DNA from: Eledone cirrhosa
Taxonomy: Eukaryota
Length of the DNA stretch: 64,000 nucleotides
Direction of reading: 5' to 3'
Assembly: GCA_964016885.1 (NCBI GenBank)
Contig: OZ024740.1
Coordinates: 48,484,001 to 48,548,000 of the forward strand
Position 1 is the first letter of the stretch; each line of letters begins with the position of its first letter. The notes under the pieces are model-generated. The model was given only the letters and a program-made list of their open reading frames with translations. It was not told where the DNA came from and did no database searches. Below are positions 39,529 through 53,897 of this stretch, piece by piece. Both the position numbers and the translations under genes were made by a program.

Positions 39529-40175
39529 CTAGCTGAGGTACCCAGCTTCGCCCAGGAGAACAGTTAAAAGAAGACGGATAAAAGAGAAAACAACTGTAAT
39601 GGATGTGTTGTCTGGTATGAGGTGAGACTGTAATGTGTCTGTGTGAGAGAGAGACATAGAAAAAAAAAGCAATCATAAAACTTCCTTATTAGGCTGGGGG
39701 AGTAAATTGCCTATTAAATGGTAGCATTGGCCTTGGATTTTAAATGTTGTGAAATAACCACAGTCAATATCATCTTTTTCAGCTCCAAAGAACATCATCT
39801 AAAACACAGCAATATACCACACAACATTGCTTCTGAAGTGTTGCTTCATTAGTACGGTCTGTAAGTAGTATATGGATAAAAGCTGGAGGGTAGATTAATT
39901 TCAAATAGTATCAATTTTTCTTTGTTCTGTAAAATCAAAGACTGTAAAACAAGTTTATAAAAGCTAACACAATATTGTTAAACCTTCAACTGATACTTTT
40001 GTGGGATGTCACTCTCTCTCTCTGAATATCTAACACTTTAATTGTATCTCTCTCTGTATAACAGCCTCTCTCTCTTTCTGCCTCTCCCTCTGTGTCTCTC
40101 TCTCTCTTTAGATGTGTGTGTATGTAGTTTTTGTGTGATTGAACCAACCAACCAGCCAACCAATAAACATCTTTC
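39529..40175 (-). mobile_element. Non-autonomous Helitron with RepHel N-terminal remnant
   Basis: 3' hairpin ctgggcgaagctggg followed by CTAG; TFKIQGQCYHLIG motif. Homologous to 51440-51997. Confidence 0.8.
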
Positions 40176-41360
40176 GTGTAAGTATTCAGTATTTAAAACA
40201 ATAATGTTAATAGAGGAATAACGTAAAACTGAAAGTTTGATAATCATCAAAATTTACTTAAAACCAATGAGAAGGCTTCCTTCATGTGATCACACTCAAT
40301 CATCCATAAATAATAGCCAAATCTCCTTCAAATCTCATTGTACTGTCTTCAAAAATTTGATTATATAGTCGTCGTCATCAGCATCATCATCGTCATCATC
40401 TAACATCTACTGTTCCTGCTGGCAAGGGTTGAATTGGTTGTCATAAACCAAGTTAGTACTCAAGTGGAGCTACTGACATGTCAGATGGACTGAAAGGCCC
40501 ACATCTCCCTTACATATGTTCCCACACTTTACTGAGTGCATTTTACCATGGTACCAGCACTAGGAAAGTTGTCATGTCTTTGACACAGCTGTAGAATCCC
40601 CCTAACCCTTTGTTTGGTAGGTTTTCTATATATAGCTCGATACAATTTATGTGAAAAAGATGGGATGGTTACAATGGGAACTCCTTCAGTAATAGGTCTG
40701 CTGGATCAGAGATGACCTGGAGCTAAACAGCAACAACAATACATTATGAATGTTCACACCAACAAGGCTCTATGGGACCTGTCAATCTGTTAGATAGAGC
40801 AGCCAAATCTCTTTTCAATGATACCCTACTGTCTTAAAAGAGGAAGGACACATTTAAAAAAACAGAAGGCTAGTTATAGAACACTTTTGATCATAAATCT
40901 ACAGGACCAGAACTTAACTGGGGCTAAACAGCAACTATTACTTATTAAAAGTTCTGTCATTTCAAGTTTAAAACTGTAAAAGAACTTTAACCCTTATGTT
41001 ACCATGTAACTAATGAAATATACTGCATATATCATCTAATTAATCTTACAAATAAACAAATTTGAAAATTTAGTAAAATAATTACATAAATTTGTCAGTT
41101 GAAGCTGGTGTTTAGAACATAATTTAACAAAAAATACTTATGACACAGTTTTAATTTAAATATGAACATTAAAAAAATGATATTTTGTATTATAGAACTA
41201 GGGATAGTCACAAGTATGCTACTATTACTATAGTTAACTGGCTCCATACAGTAATTACGTCATCTAATTGCAGAAGTATTTATATAACATCTAGAGGATT
41301 GGTATTGCGTAACAACCAAATGGAGGCGAAATTAATATTATTTATATATACTATATCTGA

Positions 41361-41712
41361 TGGAGGCACATGGCTTAGTGGTTAGGCCTTGCAATCGAAA
41401 GGTTGTGAGTTCAATTCTCAGACCGGGTGATGTGTTGTTTCCTTGAGCAAGACACTTTATTTCACATTGCTCCAGTTTACTCAGCTGTAGAAATGAGATG
41501 ATAGGGACTGGGGTCCATATCATTCCACTGCAAAGTGGACGTGGAGGTGCCACGGCAAAAAAAAAAAAAGCACCCAGCACTCACTGTAAATGAGGTTGGT
41601 GTTAGGAAGGGCATCCAGCTGTAGAAATCAAGCCAGAATCAGTTCCCGTCCCACCCTTGCAAGCAGGGAAAAAGCGGACGTAAAATGAAGTGATGATGAT
41701 GATGATGATGAT
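41361..41712 (+). mobile_element. SINE family B, full length
   Basis: tRNA head, CORE/V-like ccttgagcaagacactt, RTE tail, (GAT)n. Confidence 0.85.
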
Positions 41713-42369
41713 CTAAGTGAAAAATAAAACAAAAATAACAAGACAAAAAACAATATTAGTTTGATATTTTGGTGGAAAATGTTAAATGTGCATATTTGTA
41801 ATGGAAGTCAAAATATTATTATTGTTTAGTCCCAAGTCAGTTCTGATCAAACAGACCTGCTATCATTCCAGTCAAAACCATATCTGTTGTTTTAGAGAGA
41901 ATATATCTAGAGTCAAAATGTATTTGCAGGTGAATAACAATAATATTAATATGCGTTTTGTGGGTTTTTTTTTATATCTAGAGTCACATTGCTTAATGTG
42001 TCCTCTTTTTAAGATGACAACGTGTGATTCGAGGGAAATTTGGCTGCTATTTCTAGCAAGTGGACCAACCATACAGAGATCTGTAGTTGAGAAAGTGTGT
42101 TCATCATCATCATTTTATGCCTACTTTTTCATTCTTGCAAGGGTTAAATGCATCCTTTTCAGCATGTCTTCTCTCCACTTGTAGTGTTTTTTGTCACCTC
42201 CACTATGAGGCTTAGTGTTTTGAGATTAGCTCATACCACCTCAGCCCATGTTTTCCTCGGATTTTCTGAACTGCAGCTTCCTACCAATGGCATCACGTGG
42301 CATTCCTCCACCTAGCGTTCATCATCCATATGTATCACATGTCCATACCACTCCTCTCTCACACACTAC

Positions 42370-44580
42370 ATCAGAACAACCTGCCATCCCCTGCACATAA
42401 TCATATACTGGAATCAAGGTACAAATTGTTGTCCTTGAATGCACGTAGTCTATGCAATAAGATTCATCTTTTTGACTCCTACATCAAAAGTATCAACCCT
42501 GACTTCATTACAGTCACGGAAACTTGGGCACATCCCTTACTCTGTGATGGGGTTTTCAGCATAACTGGCTACAACCTGTTTCGTAAAGGCCGCATTAATC
42601 ATCGTGGTGGTGGTGCAATTCCTTGTGTTGATTTGAACCAATCACAACAGGAAGTTTTTTTCTGTGATATATGTATGACCATGTCAACACTGCTATTTGG
42701 AGTCGTTTACCATCCTCCAAATTACCATCAGGACACTCAACTTTGTGATATCCTCAGAGCTGCTGCCAGGAAAATAGCCACTTATGTTTTTATTGCAGGA
42801 GACTTCAATCACCCTTAGATTGACTGGGAAACCTTTCGTTAGCCGCCAAGTGCAAATGACTTCCTTGAGCTAGTGCTGGACTCAAATTGGTCCCAAGTAG
42901 TCACCTCCCCAACAAGAGGTGACAACACTTTGGACCTACTCTTCACCACTACTTCTGAAACGGTCATTAGTGTTACTGCTGAGGAACCTTTAGGTGACTC
43001 TGATCATGCTATGATCATTGCCAATCTATCCCTCATGGGCAGTAATAAGAACCACAACCATCTCCAAACTGCTCACTTTGACTGGAATGAAGCAGACTGG
43101 AACTGTTACTGCACTGAGCTGCAACGTCCAAACTGGCTTGAGTTCTACGACTCTGGAGATGTCAACACTGTACTCCAGAACATCCTGAGCTCAATATAAA
43201 CAGCATGTGCAGCATTGGTGCCACGTAAGTGGAAAAAACATCCAAAAAGTGCAATTTGGGAGACTGCAGCAGTCCGTCTTGCCAGAAAAGAACATCGCAA
43301 TGCTGAACATGAGTACAAACTGCACAAATCAGACATCAATAGGAAGAGGCGAAATAAATCATTCAACCACCTCAAACAGGTGACAAAAAAGGCAGTGCTT
43401 CAATTTGAGCAGCACATAGCAACCAGCCCTGACAGTAAGGTGTTCTGGAAGTATGTTCACTCAAAGCAGAGGCCTCACTCTCCAGTTGGTCCTCTTCACA
43501 ATCCCCACACAAGCCAGGTTACTGATGACCCCAAGGAATGCGCAGAGCTCATTGCTGAATGCTATGCAGGCATTTTCACTATTGAAGACCAGAGTGTTCC
43601 GTCTCCATCACCTATGACACCGGACTCTATTACAACAATGGAATTTACACCTGCAATGCTGCGACGTCACCTAAAAAATAAACGCAACCATGCCTCTCCT
43701 GGTCTTGATGGTGTTAGATACCTGCTTCTTAAACGTGGTGGGTACTTCCTTCTGCACCAGCTATCAGGCTTCTTCCAATTCTGTCTGAACAACGGTGCTA
43801 CTCCAGCACAGTGGAAAACTGCTAGTGTCATTCACATCGCCTGTGTGCTATTGTCTAGTCAGTCTTACTAGTTGCATTGCCAAACTGATGGAATTCTGTG
43901 TCAGAGAAACACTTTGGAACTTCTGGAACTCTCACAGTCTTATCCGGCCCTCGCAATTTGGATTTATCCCCAACTCCAGCTGCTGTGATCAACTTATCGA
44001 GTTTCTTGAAGACATCACCCGGATCACTGATGGCGGCTCATGGGTGGATGTTGTTTACCTTGACTTTGCGAAAGCTTTCAATTCTGTGCTACACAAAAGG
44101 CTTATGGCAAAACTCTCTGCAATGGGTATGAAGGATGATCTTTTTAACTGGTTGAAGTCCTTCATTCTCAGTCGAAGAGAGGTAGTCACGGTTCTGGGAC
44201 AGCATTCCTAACCATATGAGATGTCATCTGGTGTACCACAGGGATCTGGTCTTGGCCCCCTTTTGTTTGTGACTTATATTAATGACATAGATGCCAACTT
44301 AAAGAATGCCACGGTACTAAAGTACGCAGATGACATCAAGCTGTACCTTGAGATAAAAAGGACAGATCCTGAACACTATAGATCTTGCTTGCAGTCTGAC
44401 CTGGACACAATGCAACAATGGATCTCAGACTGGCAACTCAAGCTAGCATTTTGGGAGTAAAAACCCAGCGTCCACATACTCCCTCCACAGCACTAATATC
44501 AAGAAGTCCTCTTGTGAACGTGACCTGGGCATTACGGACAGCAGCGATTTGCGTTGGACGAAGCATAAACTCTAATAAAC
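42370..44580 (+). pseudogene. CR1-clade LINE ORF2 (APE endonuclease + RT), disrupted, nested in an RTE remnant (42100-42370 and 44590-45365, minus)
   Basis: LNARSL, TETW, GDFNHP, SDHAMI, YLDFAKAF, GVPQGSGLGPLLF, YADD; stops and frameshifts. Confidence 0.9.
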
Positions 44581-45632
44581 AGGAGAGAGAGCAGAGGACT
44601 CAACCTTGATGAACTCCCACCTGTGCATTGAATTCCTCACTAAACTTATAACTTACTCTCATTTTACTCACAACACCTCTGTAAATGGTTTGTGCTGCTC
44701 TCATGAGCAACTCATCTACACCTAGTTTCCTTAAGGACTACCAGATAACAGAATGTGGCACTCTGTCAAATGGCTTTTCCAGATATACAAAAGCTAAGTA
44801 TAGAAGCTTAGACTTAGCTAGGAACTTCTCTTGTAGTTTTCACTAAGAAGATGGCATCTGATGTGTTCCTTCCTGGCACAAAACCAAACTGCATCTCATG
44901 TAATTTGACTCTTTGCCTAAATAGTTATGCTAACACTTTTTCTGACACTTGCATAAGTTGATCTACCAGTTGAATGCCTCTGTAATTGCTTCTTTCTAGA
45001 GCATCACATTTTCCCTTGTATCAACTGATGATTGTACTGTTACACCAATCACTGGATATGACCTCATCATGTATTACCTGGTTGATTATGCAGGTGAGTA
45101 GCTTGACTCCTACTTCTGACAATTTCAGCATCTCAGTGACTATCTCTAATTGTTCAGAACTTTGATCATTTTCCATCTTTCTGATTGCTTCTTTGACTCT
45201 ATAGCTGTTTATTTTGAGTCTATTGGGGATAGTCCCTTTCCTTCCACTCATTTTCCATATTCATCAATCTCTAATAGTAACATTTCCAGGCCTTTTTCAT
45301 TTGAGTTTTCAGTGATACTAAGTGTGCTTGTGTCATTCCGTATGCACTTCTTTCCAACAACATCCTGATTCACACTGACACTCACACACACATATATATA
45401 ATTAAAGTTAAGAAACGTTGGTTGATCAATTACTCATCTAACTGTAGTGTAAACAAATGTAAAGCACTCCACAATGTGAGTCCTTTAATGTATTAACAAT
45501 AAGGTATCAGATGGAGTGCCAATATTATAAAGAGACACGGTTTTAAGTATACATCCTAAAACCGTCTCTCTTCTTTATAATATATATATATATATATATG
45601 ATCACCAGCAAAGAATCTCAGACCAAGTCATT

Positions 45633-45666
<34 letters not shown>

Positions 45667-45670
<4 letters not shown>

Positions 45671-46012
45671 TTCATCATCATCATTTAATTTTACGTCCGC
45701 TTTTTCCCTGCTTGCAAGGGTGGGACGGGAACTGATTCTGGCTTGATTTCTACAGCTGGATGCCCTTCCTAACACCAACCTCATTTACAGTGAGTGCTGG
45801 GTGCTTTTTTGCCATAGCACCTCCACGACCACTTTGCAGTGGAATGATATGAACTCCAGTCCCTATCATCTCATTTCTACAGCTGAGTAAACTGGAGCAA
45901 TGTGAAATAAAGTGTCTTGCTCAAAGAAACAACACATCACCCGGTCTGAGAATTGAACTCACAACCTTTCGATTGCAAGCCGAATGCTCTAACCACTAAG
46001 CCATGTGCCTCC
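45667..46012 (-). mobile_element. SINE family B, full length
   Basis: Matches the other family B copies. Confidence 0.85.
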
Positions 46013-46014
46013 TA

Positions 46015-48505
46015 TCTATATATATAAAGGGAAGATGGACATTGTTTGGTGTTCCCAACTTGCATGCTACACCGTTCATCCAATTTTCATGAAACCTCAC
46101 ACATATATAAAACTCAACGCGTAGAGTGGAATAGGCTACTTGAAATTTTCGAAAATTCGATAATCGGGCCCTATGACAGAATGTTTTTCGATTCCAATGA
46201 AATTTTATGTGAATTCGAACACAAGAACTCTTAGTTTACATCTGGCGCAATAAAAATAAATTTCATATGCCCATATAAGGACGTGCGTTATTGATTGGAC
46301 GGCCAGCTGCATGTCTTCCCAGCTGTCTCAGTAAACGACCGACCATTAAAGAGTTTATCTTTTCATATTCCACCTTATTCAAGTGGAAATACAGTATTAT
46401 CCCTATCTGAAAAGGGAACTAAATTTAATGGTGTCTTTTGTGATGCTAAAAGCTGTGAGTAAATTTTCAAACAGTCTTAAATAATCATGCTTTTTGAAAA
46501 AAAAATTACTAAATAATACGTTGACCAAGTTGTATGGTACACATACAAAGTTGTAAAAAATGTTACGTCGTACCAATGTTTTCCTTTTTTAAACAAAAGA
46601 CTTAATTTATAATACAGTCTTTTGCACAGGAAGTGAGTAACTTTTCGGGTGTTTAAACGTAAGTTCACCAGGGTTTGTGTCTTCATTATTAGCCCACCTG
46701 TAATGGCATTTTTTGTTCTGCTTACGACTAAATGTTATGAGCGTATTTGCAATTAATTGCGCACACGTGCACACCTGCATGCAGATAGACACCGACAGCC
46801 AATAAAAAATCGATAACTTGCTTATTAAGATATCGGTCAAAAAGAGAGATTGAATGTACTTTAGAACATTTTTTGAATATATTGTTCTTTTTGGCATGAT
46901 ATGTCAGAAATATAGCTACTATACACTTTGGTTATTTTTTGTAACTAAAAAACGGTTCCTTTTGAAAAATCCTAGGGTTTGGGAGAAGTTTGTTTCAGGC
47001 GCTGTATAGACGCCTATTTTGTCACACCTTGGTCATGAATTCGTATTCTTTTCCAATAGATATTTTCCGCTCTATAAGGCTCACCAGGATATAAGGCGTA
47101 TCATTTAAAATCAGGTCCGCGCAACAGCGTGTAAGGCCAACCAGGAAAATGCTATCTTCTTTACTTTTAGTCTAGATCTATTACTTCTGTTAGAGCCGTG
47201 ATTGATTACCATTGTATTATTTATACATAAGGCTCACCGAAGTATAAAGCGTAGAGCTGTTTTTTGATTAAATTTAATTATTTTAAGTGCAATTTATAGA
47301 CCGGAAAATTCGGTAAGTTATTGTAATCATATTTCCAAACCTTCACATTCACCAGTAACCATGCTAACGAATCTGGTGTCATCTCTCTCTCTGTATTTAA
47401 TCACCTCTCTCTAACCTAACAGCTTCGTTACACGTCGTTATGCCCACACGGAAACGTTCAAGACTTACCCCCAAAAAAGGTACAGCTACTGCTTTGAGAC
47501 AACGAATTAGGCGTTCTCAGGTATGAGTTCATTCACAATTGATTAATCCTTTATGCAATATTCTCCCTTAATGTTAGCAAGTACTGCGTTTATCCTAACT
47601 GTCACCACTTTTAAGCAACTACAACATTCTAATCGTAGTTATATTAAATTTATTGTGTTACCTTGATTCCCTTTTGTTCATGTTAGACTTTTCTCATTTA
47701 CTATTGACACTGCCATTGGCTTAGCTAACCAGTAGAATTAATTAATTTTCTCTAGGAAACACCTGCTGAGCGCGAATCTCGACTCGCTGATAGACATCTT
47801 TCCCGGCTGGTTGAGTCACCAACATCACGTACGACAAGGCTTGCTGATGTTCGCCTTCGTCGCCAACAAGCGTTGACGGAGGAATCACCAACATCCCGTC
47901 AGACGAGGCTTGAGGCTGTGGCAAAGGGCAATAACCCTAGATACAATTTTGATCAACTTTTTTCACCTATAGCAAATTTACCGGGACAGGTTTTTAGCTA
48001 CTCAAATCTACTTCAGAGATCACGCATTGATGTAAAAAAATCAATAAAACTGAAGCGGGGCTCGACTTTGCGCAAAAAAACAAGGCAAAGTTACACATGG
48101 GAAAATCTTTTACAGGAACGTCCTATATTCTTGAAAACTGTCACAAAAGACTCGCCATTATGCCGCGGTTAAGATAAAGGCCCTTTAATTCTTCTTCTGC
48201 ACATGTGAGCGCAAAAATTGTAAAAAAAAAAAAGAACCCTGAAAGTAATCGACATTTTCACCCTGCTTTAAATTAACTGAACATTCAATATCAAGCGATT
48301 TTGACTTCCGTCAGTCGTGCAGAGAACAATTTCAACGATACACTGTGTAACTACAATTAATAAATTACACACCTGTGTCTACTAACCTATTTTTTTTCAT
48401 TGAAGTTCGAAGTTTTGAACCTGTGATGCGCGGGAAGTAACTTTCACACATTCTAACAGACCAAAAGTCGACTTACACCCGGGCAACGCCGGGTACTTCT
48501 GCTAG
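46015..48505 (+). mobile_element. Non-autonomous Helitron (2.5 kb)
   Basis: 5' TC, subterminal hairpin cccgggcaacgccggg, 3' CTAG, inserted between A and T. Confidence 0.88.
47440..48172 (+). CDS. Spliced 165-aa Helitron mini-ORF with STPR-like repeats (exons 47440-47520, 47756-48172)
   Basis: MPTRKRSRLT..RRSQ|GTATGA...gctaac..ttttctctAG|ETPAERESRLA..ESPTSRTTRLA..ESPTSRQTRLE; phase-0 intron. Confidence 0.6.
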
Positions 48506-48857
48506 TATATATATATATGTCATCATCATCATCATTTAACTTTTGCTTTCCTTGCTAGCAAGGGACAGAGTCAGTACTGAAGCGAAGCTATTGACCTCCC
48601 AGAGGAGACAGGAGTTTTGCATCTTGTTTACAGTTCCCTGCTCTTCCGAGTGCATTTTATTTCAGCACCAGCACTAGAAAGTTTGTTAAGTCTTTGGGAT
48701 AACTATGGCTGAATGCCTTTCTTATCCCCAACCAGTTTACAGTGTGTACTGGGTGCATTCATCATGTACATTGTCAAAGAGCGGTTGTTATGCCCTTGAC
48801 ACAACTGAAGAGTGGCATGGGTGGGTGGGGTGTGTAGTGATGGTGAGGATAACTACT

Positions 48858-50432
48858 AGGGAGTGAAGATGTTCACCAGCACAACATAGTGCTGGTCATC
48901 ACAGTCCTTTATCATCTCTGTTGTGAGGTTTAGTTTTCTAAAGATAGTCTTCATTACCTTGTCCCAAATCTTCATAGGTCTGCTTCTTCCACTGATCCCA
49001 GCCACTGGGATTTTTCTGCATTTCTTTATGCAGTTGCCATCTGACATGCACATCACATGTCCATATCAATACAGTCTTCTCTCTTGCATATTACATCCAA
49101 TTTCTCTTATGCCAAGTTTTTCTCTCTGTTTGTTTATGCTGTTATTCATGCACACTAAAAATTACACATCCATTGGAGCATACTTACATCATTTCTTTTT
49201 AGCCTTCACAGTGTGGGTATATATATGTATATATATATATAGATATAACTTTTATTTTCATTTTACTTAATTACAACCACACAACCCGCCATTTTATTCA
49301 TATATTTATCCTTCCGCTATGACCCGTCTTTTCTCTCCCCTTGTTGCTATCTTATGTTCAAACTCTTGCGTCTCCCCACTCCGCGGCTTCCATTGACTTC
49401 TAGTGCTCTGCACCTTTTTATGCAGCTGTCATCTTTCATACGCATCACATGTCTATACCAATGCAACCACCTCTCCTGCACATAGCATTTGATTCCTCTT
49501 ATGCTCAGTCTCTCTCTCAATTCGTTTATGCTTTGCCGTTCGCGTATATTACTATTGCACATCCATCGGAGCATGCAGGTTTCATTTCTTTCTAATCTAC
49601 GCAAGTCTTCTACAGACAGTGCCGAGGTCTCACTACCATGTAACATTGCTGTTCGTATACACGCATCATACAGTCTGCCTTTCATTTTGAGGGAAAAGCT
49701 TTTTGCAGCTAGCAGTGGCAGTAGCTCCCTGAACTTCTTCCATCCTGTTCTTACCCTAGTTATTGTACTTTCCGAACACCCAATTCCGCTACTAATTCGG
49801 TCACCTAGGTAGCAGAAGCTGTCTGCTGTTTCTACAGAGCTCTCCCAGAGTTTTTTTTGTAGCTTGTTTCCTGTAGCTGTTTGCTGCTTGCTGTCCCAGC
49901 GCAGCTGCTACATGTGAAGCCTACATTCTTAGTTAAGCTTCCTGAGATCCCACTACATCTCTTGTGTACCCATTGTTTGCATTTGGGGCAGAGGATGGAG
50001 TTCCTACCTACTGAGCAAGGCCATTTCCCTGAGGGGATCTGGGTTCTGTTTTCTCGTCTACTTGCAAGGACCTTAGTCTTTGTCGGGTTGACTTTGAGAC
50101 CCTTTCTTTCTAGTCCCTGCTTCTATGTTTGGAATTTCTTCTCTAGTTCTACCATAGATTCAGCTATAAGTGCGAGGTCATCTGCATACAGGAGTTCCCA
50201 TGGGCATCCGGTCTTAAACTCCTTCGTTATTGCTTGCAAAATTATGATGAACAGGTGAGGGCGAAGAACAGAGCCCTGGTGGACACCGACCTGTATGCTA
50301 AATTCCTCGCTATAGTCATTGCTAATCCTAACTTTGCTGACTGCTCCTCTATACATGGCTTGTACAGCTTTCACAAGCCATTCATCTACTCCTAGTTTTC
50401 TAAGAGCCCACCAGATTATAGTACGCGGAACT
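48858..50432 (-). mobile_element. RTE LINE fragments (48858-49205 and 49315-50432)
   Basis: GVHQGSVL, ELLYADDLAL, KGRLYDACIRTAMLHGSET. Confidence 0.85.
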
Positions 50433-51439
50433 ATATATATATAAACGATCAGCGCTCCCCCACCTCCACCACTATTTTTTCTTCAGTGTTTTCAGTACCA
50501 AATCCCTTCCCCACTATGCTATCAAAAGTCACCCATTCCCCTTCCATACTCATCATATTACATCTGCTACTACGTCATGCTTACCCCCCCCCCCCCCATG
50601 CATGCACGGAGCAGAGAGGGCTCTTCCGCTGGGACAAGGGCCACCAACCTCTTTAGCAATAGGTGGTTGGTGACAGGAAGGGCACTCTGCTGTAGAAACT
50701 ATGCCTAAAAATGAGTTTAGAGGACCCTTCAGTTGTGACAAGATCATTAGAATGTTGAATAGAATGCTTTGTGGTATTTGTTCCAGCTTTTAGTTCAAAT
50801 CCTGCTGAGATCAAATTTGCCTTTTGTGCTTTCAATATTGATAAAAAAAAATACCTATCCAGTCTTTCTGTATATCTCCTTCTCATTTCATCTCTACCAC
50901 TCTCTTTTTCTTCTTCTTTGGAAGAAATCGGTTGTATTCAGGCTTGGAGAGGAGGTAGGCTCCATCAGGTTTTAAATTCCCAAGATATTCTCTATGTCAC
51001 TACATACAATTATAGGAGGGTTTACTTACGAGGAGAGAATTGCAAAGTAGTGAAAATATACTCAATACCATAATAGAGTAGATAAATATTTATTCAAAGC
51101 TGAGTCATTGTGAGTTGGTACTTGGAGTTTTTTTTTTGTTGTTGTTACTGATTGAATATTTGAGCGAGATGTGGTGCTTTAACATGTCTTGTAGAGAAAT
51201 AACTATGAATAAAAACTAACTCAGACTGTTCAACACGTGAGCATGGAAAGTGGATCTAAAAATGATGGCGATGATGATTATGTTGACAATGAAGGTGATA
51301 GTGGTGGTAGGGGTGATGGTGATGGTGATGTTGATGATAATGGTAATAATGATTATGATGTATAGTTGTCCTTAATGTCATAGTGACTCTTATGACAATA
51401 CAGTGATGCAGGATATTGTTGCTTTCTTTATCAGATCAC

Positions 51440-51997
51440 AGTTAAGAGAAAACGACTATATTTGATGTGTTTGGTATGAGGTGAGACCATGTGTGTGAGA
51501 GACATAAAAAAAAACAATAATAAAACTTCCTTATTAGGCTGGGGGAGTAAACTGCCGATTAAATGGTAGCATTGGCCTTGGATTTTAAATGTTGTAAAAT
51601 AACCATAGTCTGTATGATCTTTTTCGGCTCCAAAGGACGTCATCTGAAACATAACATAGCTTCGTTAGTACAGACTGTAAGTAGTATATGGATAAAAGCT
51701 GTAGGGTAGATTAATTTCAAATAGTATCAATTTTTCTTTGATCTGTAAAATGAAAGATCGTTAAGCGACTTTATAAAAGATAACGCAGTATTGTTAAAAC
51801 TTCCTGTAGATCAAAGGATCTATAGTTTAATGTTACTCTCTCTGTGTGAATATCTAACACTTTAATTGTATCTCTCTCTGTATAATGGTCTATCTCTCTC
51901 TTTAGATGTGTGTGTGTGTATTTGTGTCTCTGTGTGTGTAGTTTTTATGTGATTCAACCAAACAACCAATAAACATCTTTCTTTTATATCATATAGA
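51440..51997 (-). mobile_element. Helitron fragment with RepHel N-terminal motif
   Basis: FQMTSFGA..TFKIQGQCYHLIGSLLP; 5' end TCTATAT..AAAAGAAAGATG on minus. Confidence 0.75.
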
Positions 51998-53282
51998 TAT
52001 AGATATAGATAAAGGAAATGTGGCAGCTATTGCTAACAGGTTAAGCCACCTTATAAAAATTATCCACCTTTCCCACATTAGCTATTGTAGTTGCAATAAC
52101 AAGGGAGTGTCTTTTCATTTCTTCCTTGCCAAGTTCATATATCTGCTTAATAACCTTTGTAAGTAACTCATGAACAACATGAACAGCAGCCAGCAAAGTA
52201 CAACAATTAGCCAGATGACAAAATCCTGTCACAAACCTGTTATGAATATCACAATAACAATTTAAAATTCAATTGTTCTTAATTTGCCCTCAGTACTTTA
52301 GCTTTTGTTTCCCCATAGCTACAGCTTCATTGGTTCCACACCCTTAAGTACATATAAACAAAATACACCTCAGACACTAGCATTTCACTCCTATACTGCA
52401 TAAATTCTACTGTCCTTTACTATACCACTTTCTTTATAGCAAGACAACCATGTAAGTATAAATAGGACAAAGAATTGTTTTAAAGTTATGTTTCTGAGTT
52501 CAAACTCCACTGAGGTCAAGTTTGTGTTTTTAATCACTGAAACCAATAAATTGAATAATAATAATAATATACAGAGGTCAATTCATTTGTATGAAATAAT
52601 TACTTTTATTTTTGTTATTATTAATAAAGAAATGATTATTGTTAGGGTGGTAAATTGACAGACATGTTAAAGAATGAAACAAGGCTTTGTGATATTTAGT
52701 TATATCTCTTATGTTCTGAGACCAAACCCTACAGAGGTCAACTTTACATTTCATCCTTCTGGGGGTTGATGGAATAAAGTGCCATTACAGGGGTTGATTT
52801 AATTGACTATACACCTCCTCTAAAATGTGTGGCTTTGTGCTGATGTTAAATATAATTATTGTTATTGTTGTCAGAGTGGTGGTAGAATTGTAAGAGCATT
52901 AAACTCTTGTGGTATTTAGTTATTTTCCTCTAAGTTCTAATTTCAAACATCTGCCCAGGACATCTTTGCTTTTCAGCTTTCTGTGGTCAATAAAATAAAG
53001 TACCAGTTAAGTACTGGAGTTGGTTTAATCATCTGTTCCCCTTCCCTCAATGTATGTGACATTGTACCAATGTTAGAAATCATCGTTGTTATTAGTCAGT
53101 GGACTAACAAAAGTGATAGAGACTTAACAAAATATAGTGTTAAATTGCATCTCTTTACCATCAAGAAATTGTTAAAAAGTTGGATGTTTTGGAGTATCTG
53201 TTCCAGCTCTGCGTTCCGAGTTCAAATCCCACATTCTGTCAGCGAGCTGGTCTCATCTAATAAGAAATTTGTTTAAAATAGC

Positions 53283-53770
53283 AATCGGTAGAGCGTCGGA
53301 CGCCATGCTTTGAATTACGGCCCTTTCCATTCTGAGTTCAAATCCCGCCGAGGTCAACTTTGCCTTTCATCCTTACGGGGTCGATAAAATAAAGTACCAG
53401 TAATGCACTGGATAATTGCTGGCCTTGTGCCAAAAGTAGAAACAATTACTAAATAACAACTGAAATATTTTCGTGACATTTCACACTCTGTTGTGTTGTA
53501 AGTTGAAATAATTGTTTCTACTTTAGGCACAAGGCCAGCAATTACCCAGTGCATTACTGGTACTTTATTTTATCGACCCCGTAAGGATGAAAGGCAAAGT
53601 CAACCTCGGCGGGATTTGAACTCAGATCGTAAAGGGACGTAACTATGCTGGAAAGCATGGCGTCCGATCCTCTACCGATACTGCCAATCCACCGTTGAAA
53701 TAATTGTTTCTATTTTAGGCACAAGGCCGCAATTATCCAGTACATTACTGGTACTTTATTTTATCGACCG
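53283..53770. mobile_element. SINE family A cluster (53283-53448 +, 53508-53695 -, 53700-53770 - partial)
   Basis: Tail-to-tail inverted pair plus a partial copy. Confidence 0.85.
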
Positions 53771-53897
53771 TTGAAATAATAATGAGAAAGAACATGTATA
53801 TATATATATATAGAGAGAGAGAGATAGAAATAACTTCTACATGACTAGAACTGTTGTATTCGTATGAAATCATCAGGAAATATATATATATATATAT

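Noticed and set aside
41361-41430. tRNA gene
   Set aside because: It is a SINE head with A/B boxes, has no full cloverleaf, and continues into the SINE body.
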